Positions 38,900 through 46,569 of a DNA stretch of 64,000 bases are shown one piece after another. How positions within the stretch are numbered: position 1 is the first letter of the stretch; every line of letters begins with the position of its first letter. Position numbers and translations under genes: made by a program. The notes beneath the pieces are model-generated. The model saw only the letters and a program-made list of their open reading frames with translations, was not told the origin of the DNA and did not search any database. This stretch comes from Longimicrobiales bacterium (lineage in GTDB: Bacteria > Gemmatimonadota > Gemmatimonadetes > Longimicrobiales > Gaopeijiaceae), in NCBI GenBank assembly GCA_965208255.1, contig OZ242324.1:970016-1034015 (forward strand), read 5' to 3'.

Positions 38900-39740
38900 A
38901 TGAGAACAATACTCAGATGCTGCGTGTGGCTCCTGTTCTGGACTACATCGGTACCGGCATCCGGACAAAATCAGACCCTCACGAGGGCCGAAATCCTGCG
39001 TGACCTCCGGAGTTCCGATTTCGAGGTCTGGTCCGAAGCGGTAGACCGCACCCTGGCGGGGGAAGCCGGGAGTGGCGCCGAGGTGGAGGCCGCGCTGATC
39101 GAGGCTCTGGAGCAGGTGAAGCAATGGAACATCGAGCAAAGCCAAGGGCTGGATCGGCCCTTCGTGGGTGAACTCGGAGGATTGCTTAGGACGGCCGTAG
39201 CGAATATGCGCGACCCGCGCGCCATCTCCTCCCTCGCGTGGTACGCCGGCTCCGGCTCGACCGTGTTTGACGCGCTCATGGATTTCGGCCTTGAATCCGT
39301 GGCTCCGCTCTTGGAAGTCGCGTTTTCGCCGTGGGCGGATGGTTCCCGGACCGATGGTGCTGCTGAGGGTAGTGGCGGCGCTCGTGGAGACCTACGGGAC
39401 CGATGCCTTCACGGATGAAACGCTCGCGCGGATTCGAGAAGCGGCGCTTCTGGGTTTGGCGGGTGATTCGCTGGAGCACCGTGCATTGTCTTCGGCGATG
39501 AAAACGAATTGGCTTCCGCTCGGGGCGATCCGGCTGGCGGGAGTCTTGCGAGACCCCCTGCTGCTGGACCGGCTCGCTGTTCTGGCCGCGAGTACGCCGC
39601 AGCAGCTGGCAAGCATGGGGTTGATGAGCAGCCTTCCTGGCGCCTCATGGATTCGTACATGCGCAGCAGCGCGATTGGCTGGGGAGCCTCCGCCGGCCGG
39701 GTCGGTATGCGCGGAGAATCCCAAAGCGCGGCGGCGCTGA
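38900..39740 (+). pseudogene. HEAT/ARM-like repeat secreted protein split over two frames (+1 shift near 39330-39345): a frameshifted gene or a sequencing error
   Basis: Frame A (38900-39418) has a signal peptide 'CCVWLLFWTTSVPASG'. Frame B (39267-39740; the plausible continuation is readable from the ATG at ~39339) continues plausibly with 'LLRVVAALVETYGTDAFTDETLARIREAALLGLAGDS'. Locally lower G+C. Confidence 0.4.
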
Positions 39741-39777
39741 GTAACGCAAGCTGGCGGCCTTGCCTAGCTTGACCGCG

Positions 39778-39809
39778 GCGGATGGGGAGGAATGTTCCTC
39801 CCCATCCGC
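39778..39809. terminator. Perfect 14-bp stem / 4-nt loop hairpin (gcggatggggagga-atgt-tcctccccatccgc) 38 nt after the HEAT-like gene; no U-tract
   Basis: The two arms are exact reverse complements, read directly. It has the position of a terminator but lacks a T-run. Confidence 0.35.
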
Positions 39810-39998
39810 ACCTCCTTCGGGTTCGCCCTTCTGCCACTGAGGCTTCCCATACCAGTTGCTGAAGACTCGCCCGATACTACCGAGGCTACTGCGGACTCTC
39901 CTACTTCTGCCCGAAGGAGAGACGGCTCGAAAACCGCAGGCGCACACAGATTTGAGGCGCTTCACGAAATGGCGTCCGAAGCAGAGGAACCTGCCCCG

Positions 39999-40497
39999 TC
40001 AGGCGCAGGCTCGCGTTCGGTCGGCTTCGTCCAGCGCCAGCTTCGCCAGTCGCATCTCGTAGTAGATCGGGGCGGTTGCAAGGTCCGCGACGGCCTGTTC
40101 GATGTCGTAGACGCTGATGTAGTCTCCGAACACCGCCCGCGTGTTGGCGTCCTCCAGCTCGATGGGCGTGCCGGTGGACCCAATGGACGAGGCGTTTGGG
40201 GAGCGCGTCGCGCATGTGCGGGCGTAACCATCGATGAAGTTGTACTGGCTGCGGTGCGCCTCGTCAGCGATCACCACGATGTTCCGGCGCCTCGACAACT
40301 CGGGCATCCGGTCGCCCTTCTCTTCCGGAAAGAACTTCTGAATCGTCGTGAACACCACTCCGCCCGACTCGACCGCCAGCTTGACGCGCAGGTCGGCATG
40401 GCTTAGCGCCTGGGTCGGCGGCTGCCGCAGCAGGTCCGGGGTTCTTGAGCCAGGCGAGCACGGCGTGCTCGACGGTAGCCGCCGATACGAGGCTCAC
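39999..40497 (-). pseudogene. hsdR: Remnant of a type I restriction enzyme R subunit (HsdR), internally deleted and frameshifted
   Basis: 'VEHAVLAWL' (typical HsdR N-terminus), then in another frame 'TTIQKF...[12 protein letters not shown]...STGTPIE...[33 protein letters not shown]'. Only ~160 of ~1000 expected residues remain. Confidence 0.7.
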
Positions 40498-41504
40498 CCC
40501 AAGGGCTCCGCCAGCAGGTTGACGACCAGGCGGATCAGCAGGGCCTTGTTCGCCGGAGCGCTCTCGGCGATCAGCAGGGTGAGGGCGGTGAGTGCCTGAG
40601 GGTTCAGGTTGTGACTCAGCCCCTCCTGGCGAAGGTAGAGCAGGAACAGGAGCGAGCCGATGCGCTTGTTGCCGTCGGTGAATGGATGGTCCTTCACCAG
40701 GAAGTAGAGCAGGTTCGCGGCCTTCTCCTCGCGGGTTCGGTAGAGGGGCTCTCCGAACATGGTCTGCTCGACGTTGCCGAGAATCCCGTCGAGCGCGTCG
40801 CCCCGGGGATTCCCGAAGAGGGTCGATGCTTCTCCGCGCGCGATGAGTGCCGCCTTGAAGTCCGCAATCGCAGCGATTGCCTGTCCGTGGTCGAGGGCGG
40901 CGGACGGCGGCCGCGTGCCTGCCGGAGCCTTGAGGCGATCCTCGTCGTATTCAAGCAGCAGCCGCCATGTTTCGGCGTAGGTTGTGACCAGCTCCAGGAC
41001 GGCCTCTCCGGCGCCGCTCACCAGCGACTGGCTGCGCAGGGTGCGCGCGAGCAGATCCAGCGTCTCTCTGGCTTCACGCAGGCCGCGCTCGGCGAGGCGG
41101 CGTTCGTTCAGGGTGTAGCCCCGGACCAGGTGCTCGCGAAGCGTGCGGGTGGCCCACTGGCGGAACCGGACGGCGCGCTTCGAGTTCACCCGGTAGCCGA
41201 CCGAGATAATGGTGTCGAGGTTGTAGTGCCTCAGGGAGCGGCGGACCTGGCGCGCGCCTTCTTTTCGAACTACTAAGAAATCCTTAGTAGTTGCCCGCTC
41301 GTCCAACTCGTTTTGCGCGAACACGTTGCGAAGATGCATGACCACGTTCTCGCTCGATGTGGCGAAGACTTCCGCCATCTGGCGTTGCGTCAACCACACG
41401 GTGCCCTGGTCGAACCGCACGTTCAACTGGACTTCGCCATCCGGGGCATCGTAGACAACGACCTGGCCCCCGGGGGATCCGTGGCCGACCCGCTCTTCGG
41501 TCAT
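40494..41504 (-). CDS. RhuM-family N-terminal domain fused to a Fic/DOC domain; intact
   Basis: RhuM-like: 'VWLTQRQMAEVF..SSENV..HLRN.F...ELDE.ATTKDFLVVRKEG.RQV.R...HYNLD.IISVGYRVNS.RA..FRQWAT'. Fic motif: 'HPFTDGNKR'. The ATG at 41504 was verified. Confidence 0.8.
   Translation of the reverse strand: MTEERVGHGSPGGQVVVYDAPDGEVQLNVRFDQGTVWLTQRQMAEVFATSSENVVMHLRNVFAQNELDERATTKDFLVVRKEGARQVRRSLRHYNLDTIISVGYRVNSKRAVRFRQWATRTLREHLVRGYTLNERRLAERGLREARETLDLLARTLRSQSLVSGAGEAVLELVTTYAETWRLLLEYDEDRLKAPAGTRPPSAALDHGQAIAAIADFKAALIARGEASTLFGNPRGDALDGILGNVEQTMFGEPLYRTREEKAANLLYFLVKDHPFTDGNKRIGSLLFLLYLRQEGLSHNLNPQALTALTLLIAESAPANKALLIRLVVNLLAEPLG
41268..41292. repeat. 10-bp perfect palindrome (aactactaag-aaatc-cttagtagtt) inside the intact rhuM-fic gene, over codons TTKDFLVV
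   Basis: Read directly. It uses AT-rich codons (ACT ACT AAG ... TTA GTA GTT) that look atypical for this GC3-rich genome. Confidence 0.8.
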
Positions 41505-41514
41505 GTTGGCACGC

Positions 41515-41840
41515 TCAGTTCCTCGGGAGACCGGACGCCGCTCGGAACCAGTGCAGATTCTGTACAGGTTGCCCGAACCATCGAGGTTTCCTGGTGGTTG
41601 CCCTGCGGGTCGAGCTTGCCGCCGCGCTCCCACAGTGGGCCTGGACCCACCGGCACCTCTCGGATCGAACTACCAAGACTGTCTTGGTAGTTGCCGACTC
41701 CTCCAACTCGCCATCGACAGCGATGTGTCGAGGTGCTGCCGGAGGTTCTCCGTGGTGGAGGTAAACACCGCCGCCATCTGCTCTCGGGTCAGCCAGTCTC
41801 TCTCCTGCTCCAGGCGCGCGTTCAGCGCTACCTCGCCGCC
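41515..41840 (-). pseudogene. Frameshifted remnant of a second rhuM-like N-terminal domain, tandem to the intact gene
   Basis: Pieces in three frames align to the intact copy: '[23 protein letters not shown]', '[17 protein letters not shown]' and 'ARRQARP...[18 protein letters not shown]'. Confidence 0.6.
41668..41692. repeat. 12-bp perfect palindrome (aactaccaagac-t-gtcttggtagtt) at the homologous site of the rhuM remnant
   Basis: Read directly. The flanks cgaac.../...ttgcc are identical to those of the 41268 copy. Confidence 0.8.
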
Positions 41841-41844
41841 CGGG

Positions 41845-41964
41845 GCCGAGGACGACGTGCTTGTACTCGGCCGCATCCACAGAGCCGCGAAGCGTGTCCG
41901 CCATTGCCCACAGTTCGGCCTCGTAGCCGGTCGTGGCGCCGCTGTTGGTTTGTTTGTCTGCCAT
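41845..41964 (-). pseudogene. hsdM: 40-codon N-terminal remnant of a type I R-M methyltransferase (HsdM)
   Basis: '[40 protein letters not shown]' matches the conserved HsdM N-terminus ([18 protein letters not shown]). Homology stops abruptly. Confidence 0.65.
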
Positions 41965-42190
41965 CTCAATCGCTGTCCAATCTCCCATCGCCCAAGACGA
42001 ACGCCGGGGCCGGATCGCAGCCCAAGATACGTCGGATGCCGTGCCACCGCACACCCCGGCCGAGGTCCCGGAATGTTAATGAGAACATCACACTATGTTA
42101 TGTAGACATTACACTCGGGATGTCCGACCAAGGATTCCGATACGGATACGCCAGCGTACCACCACAGCGGCGTCCAACTCCGCAGCCTCC

Positions 42191-43243
42191 CTATCCCGCC
42201 CCGAAAATCCCCTTCGGCATGTGCATGCTGACCAGCATGTGCGGCACGTCCACCGTCTCCGAGATCTTCATGTCCCCGGCGATCGAGCAGAGCACGTAGG
42301 CTTCCTCGGGCGTGAGTCCGTGCTCGGCGACCAAATAGTCGATCATGTAGCGGGTCGCTTTGCGGGCCGCTTCGTCGATGGTGGTGGCGAAGCCGGTCAC
42401 GGCGTAGTAGTCGTCGCTCTCGTACTGGGGCTCGACCATCCCGCGCGCGTTCTCCATGACCTCGACCTCGAAGACGATGCGCATGGGCGTCTCGATGGCG
42501 GAACCGGACACCTCGCCGTCTCCCTGGGCCGCGTGCGTGTCGCCGATCGAGAAGAGCGCGCCCTCGACCTGTACGGGGAAATAGACGGTGGTCCCCGCGA
42601 TCATGTGGCGGTTGTCCATGTTGCCGCCGTTGGTGCGGGGCGGGATGGTCACCAGCATGGAGTCGGTGGCCGGCGCGACCCCCATGACCCCCGCGAACGG
42701 CGCCAGCTGGATCGTGATGTCGTCGTTGAACGCGACCTCCGTCGCTCCCGGAGCCATCGGGAAGCCCCGGATCCAGGGCCCGGGGAAATCCTCCGGCAGA
42801 AAGCCGAAGCCGGGGAAGATTCCCGCCCATCCCCAGCCCTGCACTTCGATCTCGTGCAGTGTCACCGCGAGGAGGTCGCCCGGGCTCGCGCCTTCGACGT
42901 AGATGGGTCCCGTGAGCGCATGGATGAGGTCGAAGTCGACACTCGCGAGGTCCTCTGCGGTCGTGGACTCGGTGATCTGGCCGTCGGAGGCCTCCTTGGT
43001 GAACACCTCGACCACGGCCCCGGAAGGAACCGTCAGCTGCGGCGGAATCGTGGAACTCCAGCGATTGTGCGTGTTCTCGGAGCCGAGGGTGTAGTCGGGG
43101 GCCGGTGTCTCGGCGGTCATCGGCGCCTCGGCGGATGGTTCCTCCGGAGGGGACCCGTCCTGACAGGCGGCCAGGGTGAGAGGGATGCAGACAGCGAAGG
43201 CTGCGGCGCGCCTGATCGAGCGCGAGATCATCGTGGCGAACAT
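42191..43243 (-). CDS. Acetamidase/formamidase-family amidohydrolase, lipoprotein
   Basis: Lipobox 'LTLAACQ'. Contains 'HALTGPIYVEGASPGDLL', 'PPRTNGGNMDN' and 'LFSIGDTHAAQGDGEVSGSAIE'. Confidence 0.9.
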   Translation of the reverse strand: MFATMISRSIRRAAAFAVCIPLTLAACQDGSPPEEPSAEAPMTAETPAPDYTLGSENTHNRWSSTIPPQLTVPSGAVVEVFTKEASDGQITESTTAEDLASVDFDLIHALTGPIYVEGASPGDLLAVTLHEIEVQGWGWAGIFPGFGFLPEDFPGPWIRGFPMAPGATEVAFNDDITIQLAPFAGVMGVAPATDSMLVTIPPRTNGGNMDNRHMIAGTTVYFPVQVEGALFSIGDTHAAQGDGEVSGSAIETPMRIVFEVEVMENARGMVEPQYESDDYYAVTGFATTIDEAARKATRYMIDYLVAEHGLTPEEAYVLCSIAGDMKISETVDVPHMLVSMHMPKGIFGAG

Positions 43244-43296
43244 CGGGGTGGCTCCTTGAGCGCGGATGTAACAATATCTGCCGGCGTCGTCTATTC

Positions 43297-44043
43297 TTGA
43301 TGCGCATCCCCGTCAGGACAACACAGATGAGCCTCGAACCTCCCCAACTCCGGCCCGGCATCGTCTACATCTGGGAAGGCCGGCTGGATGTCCCCGCACG
43401 GGTCACGGCCGCGGCCCGGAAGCTGCTCTCGGCGGGCGAGCGCAAGCGCGCCGACCGCTTCGCCTACGACCGCCACCGCCGTCGCTACACCGTCGCCCAG
43501 GGGCACCTGCGCCGCGTTCTGGGACAGCTGACGGACACGCGCCCGGAGGACATCCGCTTCCACTACGAGGAGAAGGGGAAGCCCTGGCTGCCCGGCGGAC
43601 CGTCCTTCAACCAGTCGCACTCCGAGGACCGGCTCATGATCGGGGTGGCGGCTTCGGGTCGCCTGGGGGTGGACATCGAGGAGATGCGTCAGGTGCGCCT
43701 CATGCTCGGCATCGCCGACAAGAACTTCGCCCCGGACGAAGCGGCCCGGCTGCACGCCGCCCCCGCGAACGAGCGGCGGCGACTCTTCTTCCGCTTCTGG
43801 ACCCGCAAGGAGGCGTTTCTGAAGGCGCTGGGCGTGGGGCTCACGCACCCGCTCCGGTCGTTCTCGGTGGATCCGACTCCGGGTGCGGCACAGGGGCTGC
43901 TGCACGTCGAGGACCTTCCGGAAGATCCCGCCCAATGGCACATCGGGGGTGTGCGGTGCGCGAAAGGCGCCGAGGCCGCGCTGGCCGTGGACCAGGCCGG
44001 GGTGGAGGTCGAGCCGCTGAGCTACGATCCCGCCGGGCTGTAG
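43297..44043 (+). CDS. Sfp-type 4'-phosphopantetheinyl transferase; the start may be TTG 43297, ATG 43300 or ATG 43327
   Basis: Contains 'KRADRF....RRRY', 'GKPWL', 'FNQSHSEDRLMIGVA..GRLGVDIE' and 'FWTRKEAFLKALGVGL'. Confidence 0.85.
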   Translation: MMRIPVRTTQMSLEPPQLRPGIVYIWEGRLDVPARVTAAARKLLSAGERKRADRFAYDRHRRRYTVAQGHLRRVLGQLTDTRPEDIRFHYEEKGKPWLPGGPSFNQSHSEDRLMIGVAASGRLGVDIEEMRQVRLMLGIADKNFAPDEAARLHAAPANERRRLFFRFWTRKEAFLKALGVGLTHPLRSFSVDPTPGAAQGLLHVEDLPEDPAQWHIGGVRCAKGAEAALAVDQAGVEVEPLSYDPAGL

Positions 44044-44077
44044 GTCGAGCCGCCGAGCTACGATCCCGCGGGGCTGT
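44006..44077. repeat. 36-bp tandem duplication (2 copies, 34/36 identical) spanning the PPTase stop codon
   Basis: aggtcgagccgctgagctacgatcccgccgggctgt and aggtcgagccgccgagctacgatcccgcggggctgt. The TAG stop (44041-44043) is formed across the copy junction. Confidence 0.9.
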
Positions 44078-44079
44078 GC

Positions 44080-45663
44080 TTACCTGCGGTTGGCCGGCAC
44101 TCCGTAGGGATACAGCCCGCTCAGGTCGACGTGCTCGTAGGGGAGTGCGTCCAGGAAGGTGGTCCCCACGAAGGGCTCCGGCGCCTGTACCAGCACGATG
44201 GTGGGCGCGTAGCCGGTCTCGTCGAAGCCGCGGCGGAAGTGCACCCGCGACTTCACCACGAACACCTCGTAGTCGGCCGGGTCGATGTCGCCGTAGCGGA
44301 AGTCGTCCGGGTAGAGCACCTGTTCGTACGCCGGCGTGAGGAAGACCAGGTTGCCGTCGCCGAATGAGACCGCGGCGATCAGATCGTAGCTGAAGCCTGC
44401 CCCCAGGTACTGTATTACGCCCGCAATACGATGCGGCGCGCCCCCGGATGGCGTGAACCCGCCGATCTCCATGTCGAAGGCGTCGCCGGCCTGTGCGCCG
44501 GATTCCGCCAGCGCCTCGAGGGCCTCCGGGGAGGTGATGGTGCCGTAGAGCACCCTGCCGATCCCGGCCGCCTCGAATGCCTTCAGGATGTGGGTGGCGT
44601 CGCCCGGGCGGTCACTGTAGTCGCCTACCGCCACCGGCACCTCGCCCTGCGCGACCGCGTCCGCCACGATCGCCGCCGCCTCCTCGGGGCCGGGATACCC
44701 GCCCAGGGCGAAGTCCTCCCGCACCCGCCAGATGAAGTCGTCCATGTCGTCGGCGATCTCGTCCGCCAGCGCCTGGTCGCCGTTGGTCATGACGTGCACG
44801 GTGGCGCCCACGTCGGGTACGTCCGACCAAGGGAATCCGAAGAAGACCGACACGTAGGCGTCATCCTCGCGCGACTCCCAGCGTCGGGCCCGCTCCATGA
44901 TGTCCATGGAGGGCGACTGGCCGGTCCACTGAAGAACGGTGGCGGTGATGATCCCCGGCTTGCGGGTTGCGGTTGTGGCCTGGTACTCGCTCCGCGCCGC
45001 GAGCCTGAGCGCCCGCGCCGCCCGTTCCCCCTGGATGTAGGCGTCGTAGTGGGGGAAGCGCTTGGTGACGAACGCGAAGTCGGCGTGCTCCAGGAACTCG
45101 CTGTCCTCGTTTCCGTGCAGGTCGAAGGTGCCAGCGATGGGAACGTCGGGCCCGATCACTTCCCGGAAGCGCCGCGCGATCTCCGCTTCGGGGCGGGGCA
45201 CGTCGCGCACCGCCATGGCACCGTGCAGCGCGAGGTAGACCGCGTCAACGGGGAGTTGGTCCCGCAACTCGGCCAGCATGATGTCCACGAAGTGGTCGAA
45301 GGTCTCTTTCGTGTTCCAGCTGCGCGACGACCCGCCGAACACCCCGAGCGGAGAGGAGAGCGTCACGAGCTCGACATCCCCGAACTCGCGCGCCCGCCGG
45401 GCAAAGCCGCCGACGTAGGCACCCGACCCGAGCAGCGCCTCGCCCGAGACCGGCTCGCTGACGCGCAGCCAGTCGTCGATTCCGGTGTCGCCGCCGGGGC
45501 AGAACGTGCAGGTCTCGTGCTGGAAAGCCGCGACCGCGAAGCGCAGCCGCTCCGGCCCCCGGGAATCGTCCGCGCATGCGACCAGAACAATGACCGAGCT
45601 GGCCAGCAGCAGCGCGGACAGGCCGCGGCGGTCGGCAGACGATCGCGCGGAACCCGGTGACAT
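44080..45663 (-). CDS. M81-family metallopeptidase (MlrC-like), lipoprotein
   Basis: Lipobox 'VLVACAD'. Contains 'FQHETCTFCP', 'VYLALHGAM' and 'GTFDLHGN'. Has a C-terminal MlrC-like domain. The ATG at 45663 was verified. Confidence 0.8.
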   Translation of the reverse strand: MSPGSARSSADRRGLSALLLASSVIVLVACADDSRGPERLRFAVAAFQHETCTFCPGGDTGIDDWLRVSEPVSGEALLGSGAYVGGFARRAREFGDVELVTLSSPLGVFGGSSRSWNTKETFDHFVDIMLAELRDQLPVDAVYLALHGAMAVRDVPRPEAEIARRFREVIGPDVPIAGTFDLHGNEDSEFLEHADFAFVTKRFPHYDAYIQGERAARALRLAARSEYQATTATRKPGIITATVLQWTGQSPSMDIMERARRWESREDDAYVSVFFGFPWSDVPDVGATVHVMTNGDQALADEIADDMDDFIWRVREDFALGGYPGPEEAAAIVADAVAQGEVPVAVGDYSDRPGDATHILKAFEAAGIGRVLYGTITSPEALEALAESGAQAGDAFDMEIGGFTPSGGAPHRIAGVIQYLGAGFSYDLIAAVSFGDGNLVFLTPAYEQVLYPDDFRYGDIDPADYEVFVVKSRVHFRRGFDETGYAPTIVLVQAPEPFVGTTFLDALPYEHVDLSGLYPYGVPANRR

Positions 45664-45671
45664 GGTTGCTT

Positions 45672-46253
45672 CTACGAGAAGAACGGGTTTTCGCCCGCCT
45701 GGTGGTCGGTGATGTCGTGGATCGCGGTCACCTCTGGAATGGACTGGTGGATCATCTTCTCCACGCCCTGACGCAGGGTAAGCCGGGACATGGCGCAGCC
45801 CTGACAGCCCCCCATCATCTCCAGATAAATCTCGGTTTCCTGAACGTCGACCAGACGGATCTCGCCGCCATGAGCCGCGATCGACGGGTTTACCTGACGA
45901 TTCAGGAGATCCGTAACCCGCTCGGCGATCGGGCCCGTGGGACCACCGGAACCGCGGCCGTCGGCATCCGGCGACGTCTTCACCTCGAACCCGCTCTGGT
46001 TCAGCTCGTCGATGAAGTCGACCGTGGCGCCCTTCAGCTTGGGCGCGCTGGCGCCGTCGACGAACACCGTGAACCCGCCTCCGTCCATGGTGACGTCGTC
46101 GTCGGCGAGATCGGCGCTTCCCACCAGCGTCAGCTCGAAGCTGGGGGCGAACGGACTCCCATCCATTTTCACCCGCAGGGCCTGCTGTCCGTCGGGCTCG
46201 TCTCCCATGAAGGAGAGCACCATTTCGCGGGCTTTGTCGGTGAAGGTCAACAT
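45672..46253 (-). CDS. NfuA-like Fe-S cluster carrier (degenerate A-type domain + Nfu domain)
   Basis: C-terminal 'VNPSIAAHGGEIRLVDV...IYLEMMGGCQGCAMS..TL..GVEK' carries the CxxC. The ATG at 46253 was verified. Confidence 0.85.
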   Translation of the reverse strand: MLTFTDKAREMVLSFMGDEPDGQQALRVKMDGSPFAPSFELTLVGSADLADDDVTMDGGGFTVFVDGASAPKLKGATVDFIDELNQSGFEVKTSPDADGRGSGGPTGPIAERVTDLLNRQVNPSIAAHGGEIRLVDVQETEIYLEMMGGCQGCAMSRLTLRQGVEKMIHQSIPEVTAIHDITDHQAGENPFFS

Positions 46254-46569
46254 CGATCGGCATCCTTGCGTGAAGGGCCTTGCGGCTCCGTGTTTCCGTG
46301 GGTGAGACTGACCGCGCATTGCACCGGGACCCGCGCAGTCCGGGGTGTCCCGGCATCGTGCAGCCAACCAGGAAATATGGCCCAGCCTTCGATGGAAGCA
46401 ACAGTCCCGTTGGTTGCTGGTCCGCCGCGCCTTGCCGATATTCCGGCCCGGTCGCCGGGTCGGCTCTCAGCAGAAAACGCGGATCTCGCCCGCTTCTCCG
46501 AAAGAAGGCTGGCACGGCGACGCGGCCCCGAGTTCACATGTAACATGAATCAAAGAGGTACAATACACT

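Noticed and set aside
46254-46569. 317-bp divergent spacer between the nfuA-like gene and glyQS; considered as an SRP RNA or other ncRNA because of 'ccaaccagg...ggaagcaac'
   Set aside because: The resemblance to the SRP domain IV consensus (CCAGGUC...GGAAGCAGCC) is partial, and no supporting symmetric-loop/GNRA hairpin could be folded by eye. No tRNA-like or other known ncRNA signature was seen. A covariance-model scan (Infernal/Rfam) would be decisive.
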